Part shown: positions 1 to 9,527 of the stretch, piece after piece
Position numbering within the stretch: position 1 is the stretch's first letter
Layout of the letters: each line of letters begins with the position of its first letter
NCBI GenBank assembly: GCA_030615855.1
Contig: JAUWYL010000009.1
Span: forward strand, 1 to 38,512
From: a bacterium
GTDB lineage: Bacteria; UBP18; UBA7526
Direction: 5' to 3'
DNA length: 38,512 nucleotides
The notes under the pieces: model-generated
What the model was told of the DNA's origin: nothing
Database searches by the model: none
The model's input: only the letters and a program-made list of their open reading frames with translations
Translations under genes and position numbers: made by a program

Positions 1-1319
1 CTGGAAAGAGACCAACCAAGAATGATGGTCTCAAATCTCTTCTTGTCTACGAACTCATTGATGAAGGCGGTCCACTCCACCACCCTGATCTTTACTCTTA
101 TCCCTACTTCCCTTAATCTTCTTTGAATGATCTCTGCCGTCTTCCTCCGAGCTTCATTTCCCTGATTGATGAGGATGGTGAACTCAAAAATTCTGTCCTC
201 TCTATCCAACCAGCCATCCCCATCACTATCCTCCCAGCCTGCCTGAGAGAGTAGCTCTTTCGCTTTCTCTGGGTTATAAGGGTAATGTTTCACATGCGGG
301 TTATAGGCCCAGGATTCTGGGGGAAAGGGGCCGGTGCCTACCCTTCCCAGACCCAATAATACCCCATCTATGATTTCCTCTTTATTTATAGCATAACTGA
401 TGGCCTGCCTCACCCTCTTATTCTTGAATCTGGGATCCAATAGATTATAGCCCAGATAGGTATAGCCGAAGCTGGGATACCTAAACTTATTGAAGTTCTT
501 CTTAAAGTAATTAGTATCGGTCTGCCTGGCGTATTGAATGGGGGTAAGTCCTGCCTCATCGATCCCCTCTGATTTCAGTTCCAGAAACATGGTCGCCTGA
601 TCAGGAATAATGCGATAGATGTATCGGGCGATATATGGCTTTCCCTCAAAATAATCCTCGTTTGCTTCTAAGATAATCCTATCCCCGGTGATCCACTCCT
701 TAAACTTATAGGGACCAGTACCTATGGGATGACGGCTGAATTGGGTAGTATTCAGATCCTCCTTCTCTAATAGGTGCTTGGGCATGATGGCCATTCCCCA
801 TGATGAAAGACCAGGAGAAAAGGGCTCCTTATAGATTACCCTAACAGTATAATCATCTGGTATCTCAATTCTTTCTATTCTTTCGAAGTCACCACTATAA
901 GGAGTCGGCACTTTGGGATCTATGAGCTTCTGGTAGGTAAATAAAACATCCTTAGAGGTAAAGGGCTCGCCATCATGCCACCTTACCCCTTTACGCAAGA
1001 AAAAGGTGACGACCAAACCATCCTTCGAAACCTCCCAGGATTGGGCAAGATCTTCCACTAACTCAATATTTTTATTATATTTCACCAGGCCATTGAAGAC
1101 CAATCCCACAATGTCACCAGAGGCACTATCTGAGGCTAAGATGGGAATTAGGTTCCGGGCGTCCCCGATAGAGCCCACCACAATGGCATCCCCATAGGCT
1201 GGTTCTCCAATCTCTTTTTTCACCGGAAGAGCCCCAATCTCTTCCTTTTTTCCACATCCAGTTACTAATAATATTCCCAATAAAAAAAATGCCGCTAAAA
1301 GCGGAACAATCTTCTTCAC
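1..1319 (-). CDS. Peptide/oligopeptide ABC transporter substrate-binding lipoprotein (family 5, AppA/OppA/DppA-like); runs off the window edge
   Basis: Not in the ORF track because it is truncated. Manual translation from GTG at 1319 gives MKKIVPLLAAFFLLGILLVTGCGKKEE...AYGDAIVVGSIGDARNLIPILASDSASGDIVGLVFNGLVKY, with a lipobox (VTGC) and family-5 SBP motifs. Confidence 0.9.
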   Translation of the reverse strand, partial: MKKIVPLLAAFFLLGILLVTGCGKKEEIGALPVKKEIGEPAYGDAIVVGSIGDARNLIPILASDSASGDIVGLVFNGLVKYNKNIELVEDLAQSWEVSKDGLVVTFFLRKGVRWHDGEPFTSKDVLFTYQKLIDPKVPTPYSGDFERIERIEIPDDYTVRVIYKEPFSPGLSSWGMAIMPKHLLEKEDLNTTQFSRHPIGTGPYKFKEWITGDRIILEANEDYFEGKPYIARYIYRIIPDQATMFLELKSEGIDEAGLTPIQYARQTDTNYFKKNFNKFRYPSFGYTYLGYNLLDPRFKNKRVRQAISYAINKEEIIDGVLLGLGRVGTGPFPPESWAYNPHVKHYPYNPEKAKELLSQAGWEDSDGDGWLDREDRIFEFTILINQGNEARRKTAEIIQRRLREVGIRVKIRVVEWTAFINEFVDKKRFETIILGWSLS

Positions 1320-1426
1320 CCCGCACCTTCTCCGTATTCTACTATTTTTATTTAACTACTGTGTTAACCTCTATACCGCTATACCCTCTTATTAAGAATA
1401 TAATTAAATATAAAGAAGGTGCGGGG
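1319..1426. mobile_element. MITE, 108 bp, 13-bp TIR CCCCGCACCTTCT, flanked by TTCA/TTCA
   Basis: Perfect terminal inverted repeats, 4-bp flanking direct repeat, and a closely similar copy at 11124-11232. Confidence 0.85.
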
Positions 1427-1444
1427 TTCATCCTATTTTTCTAG

Positions 1445-1933
1445 TCAGGCTAATTTTCTTACTCTCTTGCTCTTCTTCAAGTTTGCCAAAAGTTCTAAAA
1501 TAGATTTTCTCTTCGTGGGATGGGTGAGGTTGGGTTCCAGTTCCATTAGCGGAATGAGGACAAAGGCCCTTTTATGCATCTCGGGATGAGGAATGATTAA
1601 ATCCTTGACCTTTAATCTCAGATTGTCGTATAGAAGAATGTCTAAATCAATGGTTCTCGGTCCCCATCTGATGAACCTTTTCTTTCTCTTTAACTGCTTT
1701 TCAATATTTTTTAGAGTATTCAACAGTTGGCGAGGACTGAGATTAGTCTCTGCCATTAAGCAGGCGTTTACAAACCAGTCCTGCTTGACGTATCCCACTG
1801 GTTCTGTCTCATATAATGAAGAAATCTTTAATATCTTGATATCCTTTTTCTTACTCAATAACTTAATGGCTCTTCTTACATTTACTCTCTTTCTTCCCAA
1901 GTTAGAGCCTAAACAGATGTAAGCAATCGCCAC
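1445..1933 (-). CDS. folK: 2-amino-4-hydroxy-6-hydroxymethyldihydropteridine diphosphokinase
   Basis: AYICLGSNLG, YETEP and RWGPRTIDLDILL motifs. Confidence 0.95.
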   Translation of the reverse strand: MAIAYICLGSNLGRKRVNVRRAIKLLSKKKDIKILKISSLYETEPVGYVKQDWFVNACLMAETNLSPRQLLNTLKNIEKQLKRKKRFIRWGPRTIDLDILLYDNLRLKVKDLIIPHPEMHKRAFVLIPLMELEPNLTHPTKRKSILELLANLKKSKRVRKLA

Positions 1934-2301
1934 TATCTTCTCCGTCTTATCTCTACTGCTGCATAATCTAAGGGCCCAGCCAGTTTCACCTGGGGCTTTT
2001 TGACTCGAACCAGAATCTCTTCTATCTTAAAATTCTTTAAGATTTCTTGAGCAATATCTTGTGCTAAAGCCTCAAAGAGATGGTATTTCTTGGCTTCTAT
2101 TCTCTCCTTAATCAGGTTATAGACCTTCTCATAGTCTACTGTCTTTTCTAAATCATCTTTTTGGGCAGTTTCTTCTAAATTAAGAGAGAGTTCCACATCT
2201 AAGGAGATTTTTTGTCTTACTTCCCTCTCTTCCTTCTCCGCTCCCAGACGAGCATAGAGAACAATGCCCTTTAATAAGATTTTATCTTTTAAACTTCCCA
2301 A
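1933..2301 (-). CDS. folB: Dihydroneopterin aldolase (start uncertain)
   Basis: DDLEKTVDYEKV, LFEALAQDIA and VRVKKP motifs; directly upstream of folK. Confidence 0.9.
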   Translation of the reverse strand: MGSLKDKILLKGIVLYARLGAEKEEREVRQKISLDVELSLNLEETAQKDDLEKTVDYEKVYNLIKERIEAKKYHLFEALAQDIAQEILKNFKIEEILVRVKKPQVKLAGPLDYAAVEIRRRR

Positions 2302-2389
2302 GCATATCTCCAGAGATCTCTTTTATTTTCTTCCCTTCTACTATTCCATACTTTGCTCTATCTTCACCCAAAAATCTGGCATATCTCAT
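2282..2389 (-). pseudogene. 35-codon 5' fragment resembling the N-terminal (DUF2437-like) region of a fumarylacetoacetate-hydrolase-family protein
   Basis: ATG overlaps the dapB stop (ATGA). Translation MRYARFLGEDRAKYGIVEGKKIKEISGDMLGKFKR*; family assigned from recalled sequence pattern only. Confidence 0.55.
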
Positions 2390-3189
2390 TTAAGCTTAAG
2401 GACATCCTGCATATCGTAGAGGCCTTTCTTGGCTTTAACTATAAACTTTACTGCCCTCATGGCCCCCTGGGCAAAGGTATCCCTTGAATGGGCACGATGG
2501 GTAATCTCTATTCTCTCCCCGGTTCCGGCAAAGGTTATGGTATGTTCTCCCACGATGTCCCCAGCCCGGACAGCATGGATCCCGATCTCCTTCCTCGTTC
2601 TCTCGCCAGTCGCCCCCTTTCTTCCATAAACCCCGGCTTCTTTTAAGTTTCTTCCCAATGCCTTGGCTAAAATTTCTGCAATCCTAATGGCGGTTCCGGA
2701 AGGAGCATCCTTCTTCTTCCTGTGATGGGCCTCAACGATCTCAATATCGTAATCATCTCCTAAGACAGGGGCAATATCCTTTGCCAATTTGAATAAGAGG
2801 TTCACCCCCACGCTCATATTGGGAGCCATAACGCAAGGGATCTGGGTAGCGATCTCTTTAATCTCTTTCAGCTGCTCATCGCTGAAGCCAGTTGTTCCAA
2901 TGACCATGGCCTTGTTATGTTCAATGGCCATTCTTAGGTGATTTAAGGTGGTGTCTGGATCAGTGAACTCAATGAGCACTTCTCCTTCATCGATGATGTG
3001 CTCCAAGTCATCGCTTATCAGGACTCCTAATTTCCCCAATCCATTTACCTCTCCCGCATCCTTGCCGAAATTGGGATGGCCTTTCTTTTCCAAGGCACCA
3101 ACTAACTTAATCTCCTCATCATTCTTTATTGCTTTTATAATCCTGGCACCCATCCTTCCACAAGCACCGCTCACTATGGCTTTAATCAT
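2386..3189 (-). CDS. dapB: 4-hydroxy-tetrahydrodipicolinate reductase
   Basis: GACGRMG, GTTG and EAHHRKKKDAPSGTA motifs. Start moved to ATG 3189 behind AGGAGG. Confidence 0.95.
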   Translation of the reverse strand: MIKAIVSGACGRMGARIIKAIKNDEEIKLVGALEKKGHPNFGKDAGEVNGLGKLGVLISDDLEHIIDEGEVLIEFTDPDTTLNHLRMAIEHNKAMVIGTTGFSDEQLKEIKEIATQIPCVMAPNMSVGVNLLFKLAKDIAPVLGDDYDIEIVEAHHRKKKDAPSGTAIRIAEILAKALGRNLKEAGVYGRKGATGERTRKEIGIHAVRAGDIVGEHTITFAGTGERIEITHRAHSRDTFAQGAMRAVKFIVKAKKGLYDMQDVLKLK

Positions 3190-3202
3190 CCTTTCCTCCT
3201 GG

Positions 3203-3260
3203 ACACGGATTTCTTTATTCTGCCTACTACTTGGGATTAAATACACGGATTATCGCGGAT
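3203..3260. repeat. CACGGAT-type repeat arm downstream of the GxxExxY gene
   Basis: acacggat at 3203 and 3243, cgcggat at 3254. Confidence 0.85.
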
Positions 3261-3626
3261 TTAACCAAGAATCCTTCGTCTAATATCCAATTTTTCAGCA
3301 CCAAAGTTTACCAAGAAGCCTAATTTATAATTGGTCCCTTTCAGATAGTAATATAGTTGCTTCTCATAGACCTTAGGCATTTCGGGTACTGCTTTGATCT
3401 CAATAAGAATTTTATCTTCGATTACAAAATCTGGAACATATCTTCCAATACTTTTACCCTTGTAAGAAATTGATAATTGTGGCTCCTCCTTGAAAGAAAG
3501 ATTTCTTAACGTGAACTCTTTCACTAAAGCACGATGATAAATGACTTCTTTAAATCCTGGCCCTAAAGTATTATAGACCTCAAAGAAGGCTCCCCGAATT
3601 TTGTAGGTTAATTTTTCATACAACAT
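3261..3626 (-). CDS. GxxExxY protein (PD-(D/E)xK nuclease superfamily)
   Basis: GPGFKEVIY motif; PDFVIEDKILIEIK catalytic-type motif; LVNFG. Confidence 0.9.
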   Translation of the reverse strand: MLYEKLTYKIRGAFFEVYNTLGPGFKEVIYHRALVKEFTLRNLSFKEEPQLSISYKGKSIGRYVPDFVIEDKILIEIKAVPEMPKVYEKQLYYYLKGTNYKLGFLVNFGAEKLDIRRRILG

Positions 3627-3627
3627 T

Positions 3628-3667
3628 ATCCGTGTCTATCCGTGTTGTTATCCGTGTCTATCCGTGT
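3628..3667. repeat. ATCCGTGT x4 repeat arm upstream of the GxxExxY gene (inverted relative to 3203-3260)
   Basis: atccgtgtct atccgtgttgtt atccgtgtct atccgtgt. Confidence 0.9.
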
Positions 3668-4573
3668 TTAACTGTAGAAATCCATCAAGACCTTCTTCAG
3701 TTTCTCAACATTCTCTTCACTCATTGGTGATAAGGGAAGCCTTAATTCTGGGGTATCGAGTAGTCCCTGCAGGGCCATGGCAGTCTTCACTGGTATGGGA
3801 TTGGTCTCAATGAACATGGCCTTACATAAGGGAAAGATCTTATAGTGGACCTCTTTTGCCTTCTCTAAGTTTCCCTTATTAAACTCATCGACCAGGGCTG
3901 CCATCTCCGCCGGAACGAGGTTTGCCACCACAGAGATTACTCCCTTTCCTCCTAAGGCAAGCATGGGAAGGACGATAAAGTCATCCCCAGATATGAGGTC
4001 GAACTTATCTCCACAGAGTCCTACGATATCAGAAGCCTGCTTCAGATCGCCACTGGCCTCCTTTATGCCCACGATATTCTCTATCTTGGAGAGTTTGGCC
4101 ACCGTCTCGGGTAAGAGATTGACGCTTGTTCTTCCCGGAACATTATAGAGAACGATGGGAATATCCACCTCTTTAGCGATCTTCTCAAAGTGGAGATACA
4201 TCCCCTTCGGAGTGGGCTTATTGTAATAGGGGGTAATTATCAAGGCTCCATCTGCCCCAGCTTCTTTGGCATGCTTGGTCAAATTTAGTGCCTCCTCTGT
4301 ATTATTAGAGCCAGTTCCAGCGATTACCGGAACCTTCCGGGCCAGAGGCCCTTCCAGGCCGGAGGCCTTTCCCTTGGCCTCATCAATGACCACTTCCACT
4401 ACCTTCTCATGCTCCTCAAATGATAGGGTGGCACTCTCTCCCGTTGTTCCACAAGGGACAATAACATCCGTTCCATTCTTGATGTGGAAATCGACCAATT
4501 CCCTCAACTTCTTCTCATCCACCTTCCCCTCTTTAAATGGGGTAACTAAAGCCACCATAGAACCACTAAACAT
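3668..4573 (-). CDS. dapA: 4-hydroxy-tetrahydrodipicolinate synthase, with an 11-aa in-frame insertion
   Basis: GTTGES, YNVPGRT and GIKEASG motifs. Confidence 0.96.
   Translation of the reverse strand: MFSGSMVALVTPFKEGKVDEKKLRELVDFHIKNGTDVIVPCGTTGESATLSFEEHEKVVEVVIDEAKGKASGLEGPLARKVPVIAGTGSNNTEEALNLTKHAKEAGADGALIITPYYNKPTPKGMYLHFEKIAKEVDIPIVLYNVPGRTSVNLLPETVAKLSKIENIVGIKEASGDLKQASDIVGLCGDKFDLISGDDFIVLPMLALGGKGVISVVANLVPAEMAALVDEFNKGNLEKAKEVHYKIFPLCKAMFIETNPIPVKTAMALQGLLDTPELRLPLSPMSEENVEKLKKVLMDFYS
4333..4369. repeat. 33-bp palindromic element inside dapA
   Basis: CCTT direct repeats 33 bp apart; homologous to 18693-18725 and 24422-24458. Confidence 0.85.
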
Positions 4574-4590
4574 CCCTACACCTCCGTTTC

Positions 4591-4686
4591 AATGCAAATT
4601 GCAAAATTAACAGTCAGCAAGTCAAAGTTACTTATTCTCTCTTTTTCAATTTTGCATTGCTAATTTTGCATTTTTCATTTTGCACT
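4591..4686. repeat. Empty inverted short-repeat array (TGCAAA / TTTTGCA) between lysA and dapA
   Basis: aatgcaaattgcaaaa on the left; ttttgcat...ttttgcat...ttttgcac on the right. Confidence 0.7.
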
Positions 4687-4687
4687 G

Positions 4688-5956
4688 TTATATTTCTTCT
4701 CCTCTTATTAGGTCGCTGTAGTCTTCTCTTTTCCTAATGATGCGATATCTATCTTTTTTTACCAAAACTTCAGCCACTTTAGGTCGGGCATTGTAATTGG
4801 AAGACATACTGAAGCCATAGGCGCCAGCATCGAGAATGGCAAGTAAATCACCAGACTTTACTTCTGGTAGTTCCCTGTTTTTAGCGAAATAGTCTCCGCT
4901 CTCGCATACTGGGCCAACAATATCTACAGTAGTTCGGAGTTCGGAGTTCGTAGTTCGTAGTTTCTTGATGGAAATGATCTCGTGGTAGGCGTTATAAAGT
5001 GTGGGGCGGATGAGGTTATTCATTGCCGCATCGACAATAACAAAGGTTTTCTCTTTTGTCTTCTTGATATAAAGAACTTTTGTTACCAATATACCAGCAT
5101 CACCAATAATTGCCCTTCCTGGCTCAAGGATTATTCTATACTTCAATCTTTTAATTAAGGGTAACAACTTTTTAGCAAACTCCCCAGAAGTAGGTGCTTT
5201 CTCATCCTTTTTGTAACTTATTCCCAAACCTCCTCCAATATCCAGATACCTTAATTTAATTCCTTCTTTTTCTAATTCCTTTATCAGTTCAACAATTTTT
5301 TCTAAACTATCAACAAAGGGTTCTAATTCTGTAATCTGAGAGCCGATGTGCATATGGATTCCCATAGTCTCGATATTCTTTAGTTCTTCTGCTTTTTTAT
5401 AGGCTTCTTTCGCCCCCGATATATCGATGCCAAACTTACTCTTCGCCAAACCAGTAGAGATATGGGGATGGGTATTGGGATCAATATCTGGATTTATTCT
5501 CAAAGCAACGGATGCCTTTTTCTTTAATTTTCCTGCTATTTTATTAGTAAGTTCTAACTCTGGAATGGATTCCACATTGAGCATTAGGATATCACTCTTT
5601 AAAGCGTATTCAATCTCTTCTTGAGTTTTGCCCACTCCAGAGAAAACTATCTTCTTAGGATCTACTCCTACCTTTAATGCTTTGTAGAGTTCGCCTCCAG
5701 AAACGATATCTGCTCCTGCGCCCTGTTCCTTCAAAAGTTTGCAAATAGAGAGATTAGAGTTCGCCTTGTAGGAGTAGCAGATGAGATGGTCGATTTCCTT
5801 AAAAGCCTCATCAAAGGCTCGGTAATTATTCGCGATTCTCTTCTGACTATAGAGATAGAAAGGAGTCCCTACTTTTCTATCAACATCCTCGATTTTTACG
5901 TCCTCACAATATAATTCATTATCTCTGTAATCAAAACTTTTCATCACTGTAATCAT
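4688..5956 (-). CDS. lysA: Diaminopimelate decarboxylase
   Basis: YSYKAN, HMHIGSQ, GGG, EPGR, GPVCESGD and GAYG motifs. Confidence 0.96.
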   Translation of the reverse strand: MITVMKSFDYRDNELYCEDVKIEDVDRKVGTPFYLYSQKRIANNYRAFDEAFKEIDHLICYSYKANSNLSICKLLKEQGAGADIVSGGELYKALKVGVDPKKIVFSGVGKTQEEIEYALKSDILMLNVESIPELELTNKIAGKLKKKASVALRINPDIDPNTHPHISTGLAKSKFGIDISGAKEAYKKAEELKNIETMGIHMHIGSQITELEPFVDSLEKIVELIKELEKEGIKLRYLDIGGGLGISYKKDEKAPTSGEFAKKLLPLIKRLKYRIILEPGRAIIGDAGILVTKVLYIKKTKEKTFVIVDAAMNNLIRPTLYNAYHEIISIKKLRTTNSELRTTVDIVGPVCESGDYFAKNRELPEVKSGDLLAILDAGAYGFSMSSNYNARPKVAEVLVKKDRYRIIRKREDYSDLIRGEEI

Positions 5957-7293
5957 TTCTTTTTCACTGTCTCTTTTCCTTGGACAATGAGCCTCTTCAC
6001 ACTCTCCTTCGCTGTCCCACCCAAAGACTTCCGGGCAGCAATGCCCGCCTCTACTTTTATGGTCTCAAAGACATCCCGATCAAATAATTTAGAGTAGGTT
6101 TTAAAATCTTTCAAGGTTAAAGCATTCAAGCCCTTCTTCTTTTTGATGGTCTCTTTCACTAACTTACTCATTATCTGATGGGCCTTCCTGAAAGGCAAAC
6201 CCTTCTTCACTAAATAGTCTGCTAAATCGGTAGCCATAGAGAAGTCACCCTCCAGAAAAGCCAACATCCTCTTCTTATCTATCTTCATGGTATCGAGCAT
6301 CTGGGCATAGATGGATAGAGAATCCTTCAAGGTATCTACAGTATCGAATAGAGGAACTTTATCCTCCTGCATATCCCGATTGTAGGCTAAGGGTAAAGAC
6401 TTCATAGTGGTTAATAAACTCATCAGATTCCCATAGACCTTTCCCGTCTTTCCCCTTATGAGCTCACAGACATCCGGGTTCCTCTTCTGGGGCATGATGG
6501 AGGAGCCAGTGGTAAATGCTTCGGCAAGTTCGATAAAACCAAACTCCTTACTTGAGAAAAGGATGAGTTCCTCGCTTAACCTGGAAAGATGCATCATGAT
6601 TAGGGAAGCATGGGCTAAGAACTCAATAATAAAGTCCCTATCTGAGACAGCATCCATGCTGCTTGGGGCCACTTTGGAAAAGCCTAAGAGTCGGGCAGTA
6701 TATTCCCGGTCAATGGGATGGGAAGTTCCTGCTAAAGCAGCGGCTCCCAAGGGAGAGACATCCACCCGATCAAAGGTATTCAAAAGCCTCTCCCAATCCC
6801 TGTCGAGCATGAAGAAGTAGGCCATTATCCAGTGAGAGAATAGTATAGGCTGGGCATGCTGCAAGTGGGTATAACCAGGCATAACGACATCTATATTCTT
6901 CTCTGCTACTTTGAGAATACTCTTCTGCAAATTCCTGATTAACTTTGCAATCTCCTTTATTTCATCCCGCAAGAAGAGATGCATATCCAGAGTGATCTGG
7001 TCGTTTCGGCTCCGTCCAGTATGAAGCTTCGCTCCTATGTCCCCGATCTTCTCTATGAGCCTCTTCTCAATGTGGGTATGGATATCTTCCAAAGAAGGAT
7101 GAAACTCAAATTTTCCGGTTTTTATTTCCTTCTCTATCTCCTTCAAGGCTTTAACAATTATCTTCCCTTCAGAGTCGGCAATAATCTTACACTTGGTGAG
7201 CATCTTAACATGAGCAATGGAGCCCTGAATATCATACTTATAGAGCCTTTTGTCAAAGGAGATAGATTCCAAGAATTCCTCTATTTTTTTCAT
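5953..7293 (-). CDS. argH: Argininosuccinate lyase
   Basis: HTGRSRNDQ and GSSIMPQKRNPD motifs. Confidence 0.96.
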   Translation of the reverse strand: MKKIEEFLESISFDKRLYKYDIQGSIAHVKMLTKCKIIADSEGKIIVKALKEIEKEIKTGKFEFHPSLEDIHTHIEKRLIEKIGDIGAKLHTGRSRNDQITLDMHLFLRDEIKEIAKLIRNLQKSILKVAEKNIDVVMPGYTHLQHAQPILFSHWIMAYFFMLDRDWERLLNTFDRVDVSPLGAAALAGTSHPIDREYTARLLGFSKVAPSSMDAVSDRDFIIEFLAHASLIMMHLSRLSEELILFSSKEFGFIELAEAFTTGSSIMPQKRNPDVCELIRGKTGKVYGNLMSLLTTMKSLPLAYNRDMQEDKVPLFDTVDTLKDSLSIYAQMLDTMKIDKKRMLAFLEGDFSMATDLADYLVKKGLPFRKAHQIMSKLVKETIKKKKGLNALTLKDFKTYSKLFDRDVFETIKVEAGIAARKSLGGTAKESVKRLIVQGKETVKKK

Positions 7294-7294
7294 A

Positions 7295-8530
7295 CTATTT
7301 CTCCTTTGCCGCCTTTGGCGGCACCCCGCCCTTTGGCGGTGGCGCTATCTTTGCCTTTACCTTTAGGGGAAGACTTAAGATTTCTATGAAGCCCTTGGCC
7401 AATTTCTGATCGAAGATATCTCCTTTGCCATAGGTGGCCAGGGCCTGGCTATAGAGAGAATAAGGAGACTTTCGACCAACGACAATACAATCTCCTTTAT
7501 AGAGTTTGAGCCTCACGGTTCCTGTGACGTTCTTCTGGGTCTTTTCAATGAATTCATCCAGGGCCTTCTTTAAGGGAGAATGCCACATCCCGCCATAGAT
7601 GAGTTCGCTGTACTTCTTATCGACCAGTGCTTTGAACTCTAACGTCTGGCAGGTAAGGGTTAAATTCTCCATCTCCTTGTGGGCCAGATAAAGAATCCTT
7701 CCTGCTGGTGCCTCGTATATCTCCCTGGACTTTATTCCTACCACCCGAGATTCAATATGATCTACACGACCGACTCCATTCGCTCCCCCAATCTCATTCA
7801 ACTTAGCGATCAAATCTATTGGTTTATATTCTTTACCATCTATCTTCTTGGGAATCCCATCCTCAAAGTCGATCTCTAAGTAGGTAGGCTTATCCGGTGC
7901 TTTCTCTGGTGAAGTAGTCAATTGATAGATCTCCCCTGGCGGCTCCCTCCAGGGGTCTTCTAAAACACCACACTCGATAGAGACTCCCCAGAGATTCCTA
8001 TCAATACTGTAGGGAATCTCTTTGGTTGTCTTTAAAGGAACATTATGCTTCTTGGCATAATCCATCTCCTCTTCCCTGGTCTTTAGTTCCCATTCCCGAA
8101 CTGGAGCAAGAACCTTCATATCCGGGGCTAAGGCACTAATTGAGATCTCGAAGCGCACCTGGTCATTTCCCTTACCAGTGCAACCGTGTGCCACAGCATC
8201 CGCCTTCTCTTCCTTAGCCACTTCTACTAATGATTCTGCGATCAATGGTCGGGATAAAGCAGTAGCCAATAGATACTTATCCTCATAGATGGCATTGGCA
8301 CATAATCCCTTGAAGACAAAGTCTTTTACAAACCTTACCTTCAAATCCTTTACCACTACCTTCTCTGCCCCGATCTTAGCTGCTCTCTCTTTGGCATCCT
8401 CTAAGTCTTCTCCCTGTCCCAAGTCAGCTAAAAGAGCAATTATCGGAACCTTATACTTCTCCTGTAACCACTTCAAGATTACAGAGGTATCCAGCCCCCC
8501 AGAATAAGCCAGAACAATCTTTTTAATCAT
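7295..8530 (-). CDS. argG: Argininosuccinate synthase
   Basis: LAYSGGLDTS and HGCTGKGNDQVRFE motifs. Confidence 0.97.
   Translation of the reverse strand: MIKKIVLAYSGGLDTSVILKWLQEKYKVPIIALLADLGQGEDLEDAKERAAKIGAEKVVVKDLKVRFVKDFVFKGLCANAIYEDKYLLATALSRPLIAESLVEVAKEEKADAVAHGCTGKGNDQVRFEISISALAPDMKVLAPVREWELKTREEEMDYAKKHNVPLKTTKEIPYSIDRNLWGVSIECGVLEDPWREPPGEIYQLTTSPEKAPDKPTYLEIDFEDGIPKKIDGKEYKPIDLIAKLNEIGGANGVGRVDHIESRVVGIKSREIYEAPAGRILYLAHKEMENLTLTCQTLEFKALVDKKYSELIYGGMWHSPLKKALDEFIEKTQKNVTGTVRLKLYKGDCIVVGRKSPYSLYSQALATYGKGDIFDQKLAKGFIEILSLPLKVKAKIAPPPKGGVPPKAAKEK
7307..7342. repeat. Double-hairpin palindromic element in the 3' end of argG
   Basis: tgccgcc-ttt-ggcggca followed by ccccgcc-cttt-ggcggtgg; homolog at 19710-19742. 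Confidence 0.8.
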
Positions 8531-9459
8531 TATTTTCCTCCCATCAAAAGTACTAAGATTGCTTTTTGGACGTGGAGCCGATTCTCTGCCTGGTCGAAGA
8601 CCACCGAATGCGGCCCATCCATCACCCCATCCGTAATCTCCTCTCCCCGATGGGCAGGGAGACAGTGCATGACAATACAGTCCTTCTTTGCCTTTGAAAC
8701 CAGCTCTTCGTTCACCTGATAGGGATAGAAGATGCTCCTTCGCTCTGCGGCTTCTTCCTCCTTCCCCATACTTGCCCAGACATCGGTGTAGATAACATCT
8801 GCATCCTTTACCGCCTCAGATGGGTCTTCAAGGATGTTTATCTTTGTACTACTTATCATGGCCTCACCGCTTGCCCTCCTCACCACTGTCTCATTCGGTT
8901 GATAGCGAGAGGGGCAGGCGAGAGAGAGTTCTATCCCCATCTTGGCCGCCCCATAGCACCAGGAGTTGGCAACATTATTCCCGTCACCGACATAGGCCAC
9001 CTTTAGTTTCTTGAGCCTTCCCTTCTTCTCTCTTATGGTATAGAGATCAGATAACACCTGGCAGGGGTGAAGAAGATCAGATAAGCCATTTATCACTGGA
9101 ATGGTACTATACTTAGCCAAATCCTCTACATCCTGATGGTCATAGGTCCTGATCATTATCCCGTCCACATAACGGGAGAGGGTAAGTGCCGTATCCTTAA
9201 TCGTCTCTCCCCTTCGCAGTTGCAGATCCTGGGCACTCAAGAATAGAGCATATCCTCCCAACTGGTACATTCCGGCCTCGAAGGAAACCCTGGTCCTGGT
9301 AGAGGGCTTCTGAAAGATCATGGCCAATGTCGTATCCAATAACAGAAGATGCTCCTTCCTCTTCTTATGCAATTTTTTTAACTTCTTTGTCAGTTTGAAT
9401 ATCTGATTAATCTCTTTTGGCGTCAAATCAGCAATAGAGATTAAATCTTTATGTTTCAT
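8530..9459 (-). CDS. argF: Ornithine carbamoyltransferase
   Basis: KPSTRTR, HPCQ, SMG and HCLP motifs. Confidence 0.96.
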   Translation of the reverse strand: MKHKDLISIADLTPKEINQIFKLTKKLKKLHKKRKEHLLLLDTTLAMIFQKPSTRTRVSFEAGMYQLGGYALFLSAQDLQLRRGETIKDTALTLSRYVDGIMIRTYDHQDVEDLAKYSTIPVINGLSDLLHPCQVLSDLYTIREKKGRLKKLKVAYVGDGNNVANSWCYGAAKMGIELSLACPSRYQPNETVVRRASGEAMISSTKINILEDPSEAVKDADVIYTDVWASMGKEEEAAERRSIFYPYQVNEELVSKAKKDCIVMHCLPAHRGEEITDGVMDGPHSVVFDQAENRLHVQKAILVLLMGGK

Positions 9460-9496
9460 TGTTTTCTCCTTGGATCATAAGTTAACAAGAGACGTT

Positions 9497-9527
9497 ATGC
9501 GTTGATGCGTTTATGTGTTTATGCGTT
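9497..9527. repeat. ATGCGTT x4 arm (8-nt period) downstream of the four-helix-bundle gene
   Basis: atgcgttg atgcgttt atgtgttt atgcgtt. Confidence 0.85.

Noticed and set aside
4574-4687. Missing dapF between lysA and dapA
   Set aside because: The gene may lie elsewhere in the genome, and no remnant is visible here.
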